Source: an uncultured Phycisphaerales bacterium (lineage in GTDB: Bacteria > Planctomycetota > Phycisphaerae > Tepidisphaerales > Tepidisphaeraceae). Taken from it: DNA of 64,000 nt. The position numbers were made by a program, and so were the translations under genes. Shown one piece after another: positions 41,201 to 51,827 of this stretch. The notes under the pieces are model-generated. The model searched no databases, was not told the DNA's origin, and saw only the letters and a list, made by a program, of their open reading frames with translations. Numbering within the stretch: the first letter of the stretch is position 1; each line of letters starts with the position of its first letter. Where the stretch lies: the NCBI GenBank assembly GCA_963758525.1, contig CAVWVQ010000003.1:1312001-1376000 (forward strand). The letters run 5' to 3'.

Positions 41201-44200
41201 CCTCGGGAGCAGCAACCAGGGGATTCACGGCGAGTTGGGGAGGCGCAAACAAGCTGGTCATCGGCGGCGCTGGACGAGACAAATCCAGCGGCATCCCGCC
41301 AAGGAAGGTGCCCAGGTCGCGCCCCATTCCGAAGAACGGATCGACCACGGCGCCTGGCGCGGACGGCGGCAGCGGCGCCGCGGCGGCAATATCAACCACC
41401 GGCGGCTCAAAGAGGACCGATTCCTCCGCCGACGGCTTTGCCGCGGCTTGCGGCGCGTCTGGCGGCGAATCTCCGCCTGCCGACGGCTCAAAGAGCATCG
41501 CTGCGTCGCCCGAGGGCTCGGGCGGCGGCTCTAACGCTTCGGGCAGCGCATCTGTCACGCAGGTCGGTTCCAGGTGAACCGGCGCTGGAGGGGGCGTCTG
41601 TGCGAGGTCGAAATTCTCGGGCGGCAAATCAGCGGCAATTGGCACGTGCGCGACGACAGGTTCTGCAGGCCCTGACGCCGGATCGGGCGCGTGGAGCGAA
41701 AAGTCGGCATCGTCTCGCGGCTGGTCGAAGATCGATTCTTCTTGCGACGGACGCGGCAGGAGCGTGAGCGAATCATCCGGCGCCTCCCTTGCAAACGCGT
41801 CCCCGAGGGAAAGCGAATCCTCGGACAACCCCGCCGGGGCTGTTCCCCAGGTATCGGCCGGCAGGTCGCCCAGAGCGAGGTCGGATGACGGCAACTCTTC
41901 GGTCGATGCCAGCAGCAGCGAGTCGTCGGAAAGTGCGGTAAATTCAGGTTCGGCTGGCGCCGCCGTCGGCGCAGACAACGCGATCTGCGCGGCGAATTCT
42001 TCGTCCACCGGCGGAGGCGGCAATTCGAAATCGTCAACGATCGGCGTCGGCAACACTGGCTTGGGCGGGCGCGGAGCCGGCGGCGGAGTTGCATCGGCGA
42101 GAATTTCGCGCGTCGCGGCCGCGACGGAGGCGAGGTCGGCCTCATTCACGGCCAGCGCCGGAGCGTCGGTTGCAACCAGATCCAGAAACGGGAGATCGTC
42201 GGAGGAGAGCGTATCGATCACCGTTTTCGCGCCGAGCGATGGCGCGCCGCCCGAATCGGTTTCGTCATTCAACGCGAACGGCTCGACGACCGAATGCTCG
42301 GCGACGATTTCCGCGGAAGTGACCGACTCCGACGCGAACTCGATCTTCTCCGCCGGGAGCGCCGCGAAGATCATCTCATCAACCGGAGGCAGGGCAACGG
42401 AGACCTGCCCGGCTGGCGCAAAGCCCTCCTCCGTGCCGGTGACGGGCGGAACGGACAATGGAATCTCTTCGTGGGCGTGAAAGGCGCTGGCGTCCGGTTC
42501 GATCGCCGCCGGAACCGCCTGGTGCTCCAGCGGCGTCGGCTGAGCAACTTCCGCGAGCCTCGCCTGCAGCAACGAATCGGCCTCGCTCGGCCCGGAACCA
42601 TCCGCTGGCGTTGAAAGCGGAATCTCCTCCGTGGAATGAAATGCGCCTGGAGCGGCTTCGATCACAACCGGCGGCGTCCCTGAAACGGAAAGTGCCGGTT
42701 CCTCGGCGGAGTGAAACGTGCTGGCCGACGACTCAACCACCACCGGCGCCGGCTCGCTCAACGCCAACTCTTCCATTGGCGCCGCAGCGAGATGGGTGGT
42801 CAGCTCCGCATCGAGATCAACCGCGGGGTAGAGCGTCTCAGACGACTCATATTCGTACGCGGTCTGTGGCGGAAACTCCAACGCAGGCGCGGCGACGTGC
42901 AACACCGGTTCGTCGCTCTGTGCCAAAGGTGCGGAGGCCGAAAGCTCCAAGTCGGGCGCGTCGGCGGGATAATCCGAAATCACTTCGTCGACGGGCAATT
43001 CCTGTTGGACCAGATCGTCCAGTTCCATTTCAACCGGCGAAGACTCCGAAATAGCGACCGCGGCCGCGTTGTCCGCATGCGGTTCCAACTCGAGTCCGTC
43101 GATCCCCTGCGGCCGGTTCCATGATGCGTCCTCTGAAAGCTCGATGTTGATCGGCTCAAGCTCCTCCGATTCGCTGTCATTAGGCTCGGCATGGGAGGCG
43201 CTCGAATCGAGCATATCCGCAGGAGCGATCACTTCGAGAAAATCGCCGACGTCGGAGTTTGCGGAGATCGACTCGGAATGTGTCGTGCTTGCGTCGGCTG
43301 GAGTTAAATCGTCGTTTGACCGCGTCACTGAGATGAACGGGGCCGATGGCGTCATGTCGACACCGGACTCCAGTTCGTTGGCATCCGACGCCAAAGCGGA
43401 GGGCATTGCCGGGGCGGCATCACCGGCACGTTTGCGTCCGAACGGCCAGAAACCGAATCGGCCGCCGGTGCGCTTGGGGCCAATGGTTTTCACGAACGCG
43501 GCCGCGTCCGCGGATTTGGTGACGACAGTCGGCTTCACGACCGCGGCTGCATCGCCAACAGGTGGCAGGGACGATGAGCCATTGTCGTGCGGCAAGGAAT
43601 CCGCTTGGGCCCCCGCCGCCGGAGCATCGGGAGTCATTACTGTTGGCACCCCGGCTGCATCGGGATGACCCGAAAGAATTTCCTCCGCTTCTGCGTCTGA
43701 AATCGGTTGAGCGGTCTCGACGATCGGCGCCGGTCCCTGATCGGCGAACTCATCAACGGCGCGGGCGAAAACCGAATCCGTCATCGCGGCGGATTCGATC
43801 ACTTCGGATGGACCGGCGGAATCGGCGGCGAGCGGCAACTCCGCCGCGAGCGTTTGGGCCGACTCGGGCGTCGGATCGGTCGGTTCGATTACCTCGCCCG
43901 ATTGGGGCCCGGCGCCTGCCGTCTCAGAGGCTGCCAGGAGATGTGGCGCGGATATCGAAGCGGGCGTCGCGTCCCGGTCAGGAAGCGCGACGTCGATCGC
44001 CGCCTCGCGGCTGTCTGTCTGCGACGCCAGCGTCGGCGACGACGGATCGGCGGAATTGTCTGTCGGGGTCGTGGCATCTGCCGGCTTTTTTTGCCCGAGG
44101 AGCGCCCGGAAGCGATCGCGAAAACTTGGCTTGGGCGACGCGATCGGAGGCGGCGCAGCCGGCGCGTCGGAATTGTTCGGCGCGACAAGCGTCTGATCCG

Positions 44201-47200
44201 CGGGCGGATGCGCCGTTGGTGACTCGCCATTCGAAGATGAATGTGCGTCCGTTGCTGCCGATAGCGAATGCTCATTTAATGGAGCGACCGCCGCGGCGTC
44301 AGCGGGTTCCGTTTCGAGCAACTCCGCTTCTTCGAGCTTGTTTTCAGAATCGGGGACAGTTTCCTCATCGCCCAGCGCGGTGTCAGACCAGGTTGATGCC
44401 CCCGACGTTCCGCGACTGGCCGGCGGGGCCGTCTCCGGGCCGGAACGTTCGTCAAAAATCGAGAATTCGCCGCTCGGTCCAAAGGCTTCGGCGCGGGCGG
44501 CCGGTATCGAATCCTCGTGCTCCTGCGGCGGCCCAACAACATCCGCGGCGGGAGCCTCGGTCGGCACGGCGTGATCTTCTTCAGCGGCAAACAGATCGCG
44601 CTCCGGCTCCAGGAGCGCGGGCTCTTCTTTATCAAGCGCTTCAACGGGGGCCGTCTGGTCAATGACTGCAGGCGGAGGTTCGATCGCGGTCGGTGCGGCA
44701 AGGGTCCGCTCCTCAGCCGACGTTTCAGAATGCAATTCTTCGGCAATCAGGGCGTCAAAGTCAGTATCGATCGGCTGCGCGTCAACTTCAGCGAGATGGC
44801 CCAAGTCGAGTTCTTCTTCGGCTGCAACTGCATCCCCAACCACCTGCTCGCTGACACCCTCATCGCTCGCGCCAGCCTCCACGTTTGCCGCTTCGATCGG
44901 TGATTCAGTTGCTTCCGATGGCGCACCCGGGTGCAGTTCGGCGGCAATCAAATCGTCAAACGCGGCGTCTGCGGGCTGCGACTGGAAAGCAGTTTCAAGA
45001 TTTTCCTCAGCGGATCCCTCGCCGGCCGCGTCAGCCGGCAATGCGACATCGGCCGATGTCCCCGCGGGTCCCTCCATCGCCGGTCCAGGAATCTCCTGCG
45101 CAGCAGGCTCCTGAACTGCAAGCTCAGGAGCTTGGTGCGAGGCTTCGAGTTCAACGGAAGCATCGGTCGATGCTGAATCCGGTTGAGGATGCGCTGCGGC
45201 GACCAGATCGTCAGAATAGGCTTCGGCGGACGATGCCGCAGGTTCGACCGCGTCCGATTCGGTTTCCGCTTCCGGCGCAAGGTCAACACGCGTGGAAGAT
45301 TCGGCCGGCTCCTGGTCCGCAGGCTCAGGAGCCTGGTGCGAACTTTCAAGTTCAACCGAAGAAACGGCGAATTCTAATTCGGCTGCCGGATGTACTTCGC
45401 CGGCGACCAGATCGTCGGAATAAGCTTCCGCGGTCAGCGATGCGGGTTGGACTGCTTCGTCCGATTCGGCTTCCGTTTCTGCCGCAGGATCAACGCCCGC
45501 AATGCCAGCGTGTGCGGAAGACTCCACCGGCTCTTGCGGCAGCGGTTCGGCAGTGTCGTGAGATGCGTCAAGTTCAATCGGCGCAGCGGCCGATTCTGAC
45601 ACCGCTTCCGGATGCAAGTCGGCGGCGATCGAATCGTCGAAATGAACTTCATTCGGCGGCGGAGCGAGTTCGAGCGTATCGCGAGACTCGGCTTCGCTTG
45701 CAGCCGGAATTTCGGCATGCGTGGCGCGTTCGGCCTGTTCTTCGGCGAGCGATTCATGGACGTCGGAAGACGCTGCGACGTTGACATCGGAATCAACCGA
45801 TTCCGATGCCGCTTCGGGATGCAAATCCGCGGCGATCAGATCGTCAAAATCAACTTCCGCGGACGACGCCGCGACTTCCAATGGAGCGTGCGAGTCGGAT
45901 TCCGTTTCAAGCGGAACTCCAACGTGCGCGGAAGACTCGGACGGTGCTTCGACTACCAGTTCTGCAGCTTCGCCCGGCGCTCCGAGCCCAAGCGGAGAAG
46001 CGGCTGATTCTGACGCCGCGTCGGAATGCACTTCGTCGGCAATCAGACTCTCGGCATCGACTTCGGCGGACGATGCCGCAACTTCCAACGGAGCGTGCGA
46101 GTCGGCTTCCGTTTCAAGCGGAACCTCAACGTGCTCGGAGGACTCGAACGGAGCTTCGGCCACCAGTTCTGGAGCGTCGCCGGGCGCTTCGAGCCCAAGC
46201 GGAGAAGCGGCTGATTCTGACTCCGGCTCGGGATGCGATTCGTCGGCAATCAGACCGTCAGAATTGACTTCCGCTGACGGCACCGCAATTTCCAACGGAG
46301 CGTGCGAGTCGGCTTCCGCTTCAAGCGGAACCTCAGCTTGCGCGGAGGAGTCGGCCGGCGCTTCGACTGCCAGTTCGGCAACTTCGTCGGGCGCTTCAAG
46401 CTCAATCGGAGAAGCGGCTGATTCCGACGCCGCTTCGGAATGCAAGCCGACGACCAAATCTTCAGAACCGACTTCCGCTGACGGCACTGCGATTTCAAAC
46501 GGAGTGTGCGAGTCGGCTTCCGTTTCAAGCGGAGCCTCAACATGCGCGGAGGACTCGGCCGGCGCTTCCGCTTGCGGCTCGGCAGCTTCGCCGGGCGATT
46601 CGAGCTCAATCGGAGAAGCGGCTGATTCCCGGGCCGTTTCGAGATGAATTTCGTCGGCGATCTGACCTTCAGCATTGGCTTCCGCTGACGGCGCCGCAAC
46701 TTCCAACGGAGCGTGCGCGTCGGCTTCCGCTTCAAGCGGAACCTCAGCGTGCGCGGAGGACTCGGCCGGCCCTTCCGCTACCAGCTCGGCAGCTTCGCCC
46801 GGAGATTCGAGCTCTAGCGGAGAAGCGACCGATTCAAACGCCGTTTCGAGATGAAGGTCGTCGGCAATCAGATTGTCAAAATCGACTTCCGCGGACGATG
46901 CCGCAACTTCCAACGAAGCGTGCGCGCCGGCTTCCGTTTCAAGCGGAACCTCAACGTGCGCGGAGAACTCGGCCGGCGCTTCCGCTACCAGCTCGGCAGC
47001 TTCGCCCGGAGATTCGAGCTCTAGCGGAGAAGCGACCGATTCAGACGCCGTTTCGAGATGAAGGTCGTCGGCGATCAGATGGTCGAAATCGACTTCCGCG
47101 GACGATGCCGCGACTTCCAGTGGAGCGTGCGAGTCGGATTCCACTTCAAGCGGAGCATCAGCGTGCGCGGAAGACTCGGCCGGCGCGTCCGTTACCGGTT

Positions 47201-48830
47201 CGGCAACGTCGCCGGGCGATTCGATTTCAATCGGAAAGGCGGCGAATTCCGACGCCGCTTCGGGGTGCAGATCGGCGGCGATGAGATCGTCAAAATGCAC
47301 TTCCTCTGACGGCGGAGCGAATTCGAGCGCTTCGTGCGGCGCAGCTTCAGTTTCAGCCGGAGTTTCGACGTGCGCCAGGTGTTCGGCCGGTGGTTCAGCG
47401 AGCGGCGAATGGACCTCGGAAGCGGCCGCAGCGATTGCGTCAGGATCAAACGAATCGGATGCAGCTTCGGGATGCAATTCATCGGCAATCAGATCGTCGA
47501 AATCGACTTCCGCCGACTGCGGCTCCAGCTCGATTGGAAGCAATGACTCCCCTTCGACCGGGGCGGCGAAGTCGCCCGTCGAACTGATCGTCGGCGAAAA
47601 GCTTTCGTCGCTAACATGAGATGCGTCGAAGGCGACCGTGCCCGAAACATCGGCTCCTTCGGGAACTGCGATGTCCGACGGCTCGGGGACCAGTTCGTCA
47701 GTCGCGCAGGCAAGATGCGAAACTTCCAGCGGCGGCTCAGCATCCCCCACGGGAATCGCCAGGGGAATGTCGTCGTCGGAAACATCGGCCGGCTCCAGCT
47801 CGGCTTCCGCGGGGAGCGGCTCGAGTGAGCCGCCGTCAAGCTCCGCCTCGCTGGCAAAGTGCTGCGGCAACTCCGGCTCCGACGGCTCCAGGGGGATCGG
47901 CACTGCCGCGGCTGGCTGAATTCTGGTCGTCCTCGGCGGCATCGAAACCGGCGCGGACGGCGCAAGATCGTATTCCTCGGGCTCCGCGGGGCGCTCGATC
48001 CGGGCCGGCGGGGCCGCCGCCGGGCTGTTCGCGGCAGCGGCGACGAGCCTGGAGGGGTTTGCTTTGACCGGCTCGGGCTCGAAGTCCTCGGTTTCCAGCG
48101 GCTCCAATTGCCGATGAACCGAATCGTCGCTCGCGAGTTTCGCGGTGCCGACCAGGTCTTCCAATTCGTCGATATGCGCGCTGGCCGAAACCGCCGCCAC
48201 GTAGCGCATTTGGGTGTCGCCGATGCGAATGTCATCGTCGAACTCGATCTGCACCTGGTGGATCTGGCGATCGTTGACGAACGTTCCGGTGCGCGAGTGA
48301 AGGTCGCGGATCCAGTGAGCGCCATTCTGTTCGAAGATCAGGGCATGGCAATTGGAGACAGCGGCTTCAACCAGATGAATATCGCAGCCTGCGCGTCTGC
48401 CGATGAGAATGCTCCGCCCCTCGATGGGGATGGGAATTCGCTCGCCGTCAACCGAAACGCTGGCGTCGGGGGCTGCCTTTGGGACCGAAAGCGATTTTCC
48501 TCCGCGATTGCGAAACAGGAAGGTGAAGGCGCCGATTGCCACATAATCGCCGTCGGTCAGCAGCGTTTCGGCCGTCTGCTTTCCATTGACCAATACGTGA
48601 GTTCGGCTGGCCAGGTCGCGGATGTAGACCCCGCCATCGGTCTGCACGATTGCGGCGTGAACCTTGCTGACGGTGGGAGAAACCAGGTTGAAGTGCGACT
48701 TGCTGGCCGCCCCGATGATCATGCAAGGGCGCGTGAGAGGGAGATTGGGCTTTCCCGCGTGCTTCCCCTGAGGGACCAGCGCTGGCACCCCCGCTGACGG
48801 GGAAGAAGCTGAGCTAGGGCGTGGAGCCAT
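38238..48830 (-). CDS. Giant (3530 aa) protein: two N-terminal FHA domains, acidic repeat/low-complexity region, TM, coiled coil, TM
   Basis: FHA motifs SKVH..DLASRTH and IGRR..SNCH..DLHSRTGTFVN; TM segments IVLPIILALALATAAGIWFFY and WILLSMLGYAMLTAGMLAAW; uninterrupted ORF. Confidence 0.88.
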   Translation of the reverse strand: MAPRPSSASSPSAGVPALVPQGKHAGKPNLPLTRPCMIIGAASKSHFNLVSPTVSKVHAAIVQTDGGVYIRDLASRTHVLVNGKQTAETLLTDGDYVAIGAFTFLFRNRGGKSLSVPKAAPDASVSVDGERIPIPIEGRSILIGRRAGCDIHLVEAAVSNCHALIFEQNGAHWIRDLHSRTGTFVNDRQIHQVQIEFDDDIRIGDTQMRYVAAVSASAHIDELEDLVGTAKLASDDSVHRQLEPLETEDFEPEPVKANPSRLVAAAANSPAAAPPARIERPAEPEEYDLAPSAPVSMPPRTTRIQPAAAVPIPLEPSEPELPQHFASEAELDGGSLEPLPAEAELEPADVSDDDIPLAIPVGDAEPPLEVSHLACATDELVPEPSDIAVPEGADVSGTVAFDASHVSDESFSPTISSTGDFAAPVEGESLLPIELEPQSAEVDFDDLIADELHPEAASDSFDPDAIAAAASEVHSPLAEPPAEHLAHVETPAETEAAPHEALEFAPPSEEVHFDDLIAADLHPEAASEFAAFPIEIESPGDVAEPVTDAPAESSAHADAPLEVESDSHAPLEVAASSAEVDFDHLIADDLHLETASESVASPLELESPGEAAELVAEAPAEFSAHVEVPLETEAGAHASLEVAASSAEVDFDNLIADDLHLETAFESVASPLELESPGEAAELVAEGPAESSAHAEVPLEAEADAHAPLEVAAPSAEANAEGQIADEIHLETARESAASPIELESPGEAAEPQAEAPAESSAHVEAPLETEADSHTPFEIAVPSAEVGSEDLVVGLHSEAASESAASPIELEAPDEVAELAVEAPADSSAQAEVPLEAEADSHAPLEIAVPSAEVNSDGLIADESHPEPESESAASPLGLEAPGDAPELVAEAPFESSEHVEVPLETEADSHAPLEVAASSAEVDAESLIADEVHSDAASESAASPLGLGAPGEAAELVVEAPSESSAHVGVPLETESDSHAPLEVAASSAEVDFDDLIAADLHPEAASESVDSDVNVAASSDVHESLAEEQAERATHAEIPAASEAESRDTLELAPPPNEVHFDDSIAADLHPEAVSESAAAPIELDASHDTAEPLPQEPVESSAHAGIAGVDPAAETEAESDEAVQPASLTAEAYSDDLVAGEVHPAAELEFAVSSVELESSHQAPEPADQEPAESSTRVDLAPEAETESDAVEPAASSAEAYSDDLVAAAHPQPDSASTDASVELEASHQAPELAVQEPAAQEIPGPAMEGPAGTSADVALPADAAGEGSAEENLETAFQSQPADAAFDDLIAAELHPGAPSEATESPIEAANVEAGASDEGVSEQVVGDAVAAEEELDLGHLAEVDAQPIDTDFDALIAEELHSETSAEERTLAAPTAIEPPPAVIDQTAPVEALDKEEPALLEPERDLFAAEEDHAVPTEAPAADVVGPPQEHEDSIPAARAEAFGPSGEFSIFDERSGPETAPPASRGTSGASTWSDTALGDEETVPDSENKLEEAELLETEPADAAAVAPLNEHSLSAATDAHSSSNGESPTAHPPADQTLVAPNNSDAPAAPPPIASPKPSFRDRFRALLGQKKPADATTPTDNSADPSSPTLASQTDSREAAIDVALPDRDATPASISAPHLLAASETAGAGPQSGEVIEPTDPTPESAQTLAAELPLAADSAGPSEVIESAAMTDSVFARAVDEFADQGPAPIVETAQPISDAEAEEILSGHPDAAGVPTVMTPDAPAAGAQADSLPHDNGSSSLPPVGDAAAVVKPTVVTKSADAAAFVKTIGPKRTGGRFGFWPFGRKRAGDAAPAMPSALASDANELESGVDMTPSAPFISVTRSNDDLTPADASTTHSESISANSDVGDFLEVIAPADMLDSSASHAEPNDSESEELEPINIELSEDASWNRPQGIDGLELEPHADNAAAVAISESSPVEMELDDLVQQELPVDEVISDYPADAPDLELSASAPLAQSDEPVLHVAAPALEFPPQTAYEYESSETLYPAVDLDAELTTHLAAAPMEELALSEPAPVVVESSASTFHSAEEPALSVSGTPPVVIEAAPGAFHSTEEIPLSTPADGSGPSEADSLLQARLAEVAQPTPLEHQAVPAAIEPDASAFHAHEEIPLSVPPVTGTEEGFAPAGQVSVALPPVDEMIFAALPAEKIEFASESVTSAEIVAEHSVVEPFALNDETDSGGAPSLGAKTVIDTLSSDDLPFLDLVATDAPALAVNEADLASVAAATREILADATPPPAPRPPKPVLPTPIVDDFELPPPPVDEEFAAQIALSAPTAAPAEPEFTALSDDSLLLASTEELPSSDLALGDLPADTWGTAPAGLSEDSLSLGDAFAREAPDDSLTLLPRPSQEESIFDQPRDDADFSLHAPDPASGPAEPVVAHVPIAADLPPENFDLAQTPPPAPVHLEPTCVTDALPEALEPPPEPSGDAAMLFEPSAGGDSPPDAPQAAAKPSAEESVLFEPPVVDIAAAAPLPPSAPGAVVDPFFGMGRDLGTFLGGMPLDLSRPAPPMTSLFAPPQLAVNPLVAAPEVAADIVVALPGDGDVANVNDESEESLGYHLSKMNADEPPQELFEATPDFLDALPDSMGHISDVVEVLGEHPHRPAHEPPAADPVPPEQSPQQLFSISDSGATPPSETAPRKPATHMPPRPRMGNRSLSASPFAFGSQPGADVAIPPFGGGSLASGQITTQFDGLTIPRPREVEVFGQAKAKGETFVPPSDPGRRGASMLTTLAASPPDAPAARVRSDAEIPRRPRGVGVPPLDRRGPLPPDSTPPAPAAAAAAPRRSGPSPQFDGLPPVPPPAPTNLHLRIVLPIILALALATAAGIWFFYHVSGTAEGRLRFNNLENLLPSDKRGFELAEQQLLRNADLRQFARQLFTSQNPGKEEGFLSTGSSAPAQVADNRTYDNLVSGAAFAPNTNQFVLTVNGRDPQTDARRLAALIGALYRENQRLADDSASARLAYLKSRDAVEAITAEINRLAPALQEEQFAGAELDSAQQTLAQNKAKSAALRQAWNDAAQKLHLAQAEVDRLDVAVPAPGSADAGAPAHAVNADADPQVKELSTQLAAATQSLTETRVTHSTAADKANKALDQALADFRSRIDQAQGSLKDGSQLSAYLIAAQQAQDTIRQLNADLVERQKAEQQRLADLRRVLAEKQETRLKAVWAADTQLQEMEQDLSVAEHRYNAAVGSGLDADAAALKSEAESIKNKMDARRDLIGTGDIYADEVKSMQQFIDDNLKEMEKERVQTDSRMGEMLKALSAAAPQVEKLPADQQALEESLKKQLDEINSARQAQAQAVAAADPQADAAARKLEGSITELQAKIDARRKQLAEDSHKQLTAQQAQDRAAALEKAKAALTAAQMEEADALASVRTNTEQTDAAYSAVEGLRAKAANLTADTARLSELQAQLPDQKSKSEALLAAWQRIPVPEAPGPDSASATLVDDPRLQWILLSMLGYAMLTAGMLAAWGVSHRRHHLLLTQPGEPSNADEGFALSDHADTLEPRGAAATHGSDES
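44720..47530 (-). repeat. Intragenic tandem repeats of about 207 bp (69 aa), about 12-14 degenerate copies
   Basis: GACTTCCGCGGACGATGCC at 46884 and 47091 (207 bp apart); recurring DxLIAxxLHxExxSES motif. Confidence 0.85.
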
Positions 48831-49226
48831 TAAGAAAACCTGCCGGCAATTCGCATCTGGGCAAAGAATTAAACGTGTTCAAGCCAAAAGAGTTCGCTGC
48901 AATTGCAGCGAACTTTCACCTTCAAGACCGTGAACAGTCAGCACACGGCTCGGGCGGCATGCCGCCTCCCTTATATCAGCATATGCAGTTTATCAGAATG
49001 AACGACCCGAGCGAAACAAAAATGATCGTCGTTTGGCACGGAGTTTATGGGACGAGTCCGGTCCCGGGGCGGAAACTGCGCTTTTTGAAGAACTTGCGTG
49101 GTCTCCGTTGGGGTCCGACAAAGTGGCGGGAACGACTCGGGTCGGGGTTCCTTCATTTCCGCTGCGGCACCGGCCGCGCCTCGCAAGCAAGGCGGCTAAA
49201 GAATAAGGAAGGGTAAACGTCCCGGA

Positions 49227-50791
49227 TCAGTGCTTGAAATGGCGTTGTCCGGTCAGCACCAGAGCCGCCCCATTGCGATTCAGCAAGTCGATCGTCTCCT
49301 GATCTTTCAGGGAACCGCCGGGATGGATGACGGCCGTCACTCCAGCGTCCAGCAGAATCTGCGGGCCATCGGGAAAGGGAAAGAACGCATCAGACGCGGC
49401 GACCGCGCCCTGGCGCGAGGCCCCGCTTTTACCACGGCAAGGCGGGCGGCCGACGGTCGATCCATCTGGCCCGCGCCGGCGCCGAGCAGCATCTTGTCCC
49501 CCGCGACCACGATGGCGTTGCTCTTGACGTGTTTGCAAACCAGCCAGGCGAAACGCAGGTCGCTCATCTCTTTCTCCGTCGGCTTACGTTCTGACGCGAC
49601 CATCCACGAGGATTCGTCGAGTCCGAGCGTGTCGCGCTGCTGCATGAGATATCCGCCGACGATCTTGTGCATGTGCAGTTCCTCGGGGTCGCAGGTTCCC
49701 AGCGGGCCGACCTCGAGCAGCCGAACGTTTTTCCATCGTGCCCGGAGCTGATCGAGCGCTTCCTGCTCGAACGACGGGGCGACGATGACTTCGAGCAACT
49801 TGTTGATGGCCGTGATCGCGTCGGCAGCGGCCAGATCGACCGGTCGGTTGAGCGCGACGATTCCGCCAAAGGCGGCCAGCGGGTCGCCCTCATATGCGCG
49901 GCGGAAGGCGTCGGCCAGCGTATCCGCACTCGCGCAGCCGCAGGGCGTCGCGTGTTTGACGATGCACGCGGCGGGCGCGGAAAACTCCTTCACGACGTTC
50001 AGCGCGCCGTCGGCGTCCAGCAGGTTGATATACGAGAGATCCTTGCCATGAAGCTGCCGGGCGAACGCGACGGACGCCTCGGTCGGTTTCTTGCCGACAA
50101 GGAGGGTTGCCTTCTGGTGCGGATTTTCGCCGTAACGGAGATCGAGGGTCTTGTGCAGATTCAACACGATTCCGCTGCTGTCCATCCCAGCGGAGCTGGC
50201 CAGGAAATTCGCGATCAGCGAGTCATATTCGGCCGTGTGCGCGAATGCGTCGCGCGCCTGGCGGAGGCGCTGCCGGCCGGACGACGCGCCGCGGTGAGCG
50301 CGCAGATCTTCCAGAATCCGTTCGTATCGAACCGGATCAGTGACCACCGTGACAAAGCGATGATTTTTCGCGGCAGAGCGGATCATGCTCGGGCCGCCGA
50401 TGTCAATGTTCTCGATCGCTTCGTCGAAGGTGACGTCAGCTTTGCGGACGGTCTGCTCAAACGGATAGAGGTTGATGCAAACCAGATCGATGGGGCGGAT
50501 GCCATGCCGCTCCATCGCGGCAACGTGATCCGGGTGATCGCGCAGCGCCAAAAGTCCGCCGTGGATGGCTGGATGAAGCGTTTTCACGCGGCCGTCCATC
50601 ATTTCGGGAAAACCGGTGACCTCCGCGACATCAGTCACCGGCAATTCGTGCTCGCGAAGAAATCTGGCAGTGCCGCCGGTGCTGATGAGTTCAACGGCAA
50701 ACTCGCGATGCAGCGCCGTCGCGAATCCGGCAAGGCCGGTTTTGTCGGAAACAGAGAGCAGCGCCCGCCTGACGGGAACGAGTTCGGTCAT
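49227..50791 (-). CDS. purH: Bifunctional AICAR transformylase/IMP cyclohydrolase; frameshift near 49410
   Basis: [27 protein letters not shown] and KHVKSNA; after the shift, ASDAFFPF and RHFKH. Confidence 0.96.
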
Positions 50792-51005
50792 GGGGGCAGA
50801 TTAGAGCGGGTTTGCGAATGAATTTCACGCGCCGGGGGGTGTGGTGTTTTCCAGCGGCATCAGCCGCGTGGCACCGTTCGCATTCCTCGACCCCGACCGC
50901 CATTGTCTTCGATTGCATGATCTATTTCCCTCTTTTGTGCCACAACCCATTGAGATCTTCGCGCGCTGCGCAAATTTTCCCGGGCAGGGGATCAGCCAAA
51001 AGATC

Positions 51006-51163
51006 AAGAGCCGCGAAGACGCGAAGACGCGAAGACAAACGCGAAGGAAGACAATTCAATTGCACCTGAAACCCCAAGGCACAATTCCCTGGGCTTCGAT
51101 CCCGCATTTTTGATTTTCTTACCTTCGCGTCTCTCTTCGCGTCTTCGCGTCTTCGCGGCTCTT
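51006..51163. repeat. Palindromic element, family E (second copy)
   Basis: Matches 33066-33217. Confidence 0.9.
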
Positions 51164-51299
51164 CGTTTTGGTTGCGGCCGAGCGAAGCGAGGCAGCGCTG
51201 GGTTTTGGTGTTGTTTGCGGCCATTCACTCATTGAATTCAGGAGCGAGGCCAGCGTCGGACCGAATCCCAAATACTTGCGGCGATACAACGACAACGCC

Positions 51300-51827
51300 C
51301 GGTCGGGCGGCGTTGGCGTCGCAAGCGTGCAACTCGGCGCCGCTTGCGGACACACCATCGTCGCGCTCTCGCGCAGCGCCGAAAAGCAGGAACAGCTCAA
51401 GCGGATTGGCGGCATGGCGGTGTTCAATCCGACCGACCCGCAATGGGGAAAGGAACTCCCGGGCTTTCTGAAGGATCGCCGGGTCGATCTGGCGATCGAC
51501 AACATCGGCGGCGCATTGCTCCCGCAAATGATCGATACGCTCGGCCATCATGGCCGGGTGAGCATCGTCGGCCGGCTCGCCGGGCCCGTGCCGCAGTTCA
51601 ACAGCGCCGCGCTGATTTTCCGCCGACTTCGCTTGGGCGGCGTCGCGGTCGGCGCATATGGCCCAGTCGATGGGCAGGCCGCCTGGAAGCAGATTGTCGA
51701 AACCCTCGCCAAGCGCGATGATCGCCCGCTGATCGATCATGTTTTCCCATTCGATCAGCTTCCCGCCGCGTTTGAGCGATTGGCCAAGGGACCGATGGGG
51801 AAAGTTCTGCTGGCCGGGCCGCAATGA
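51300..51827 (+). pseudogene. 5'-truncated MDR/quinone oxidoreductase (only the Rossmann/C-terminal half)
   Basis: SGGVGVASVQLG...IDNIGG...LIDHVFPFDQLPAAFERL..GKVLL; I see no GroES-like N-terminal half upstream. Confidence 0.7.

Noticed and set aside
44720..47530. Diversity-generating retroelement or mobile repeat
   Set aside because: The repeats are in-frame coding tandem units, and there is no reverse transcriptase in the window.
50792..51000. ZTP riboswitch upstream of purH
   Set aside because: I could not find the conserved GACTGGCG...GCCTGGG elements; an Rfam scan would settle it.
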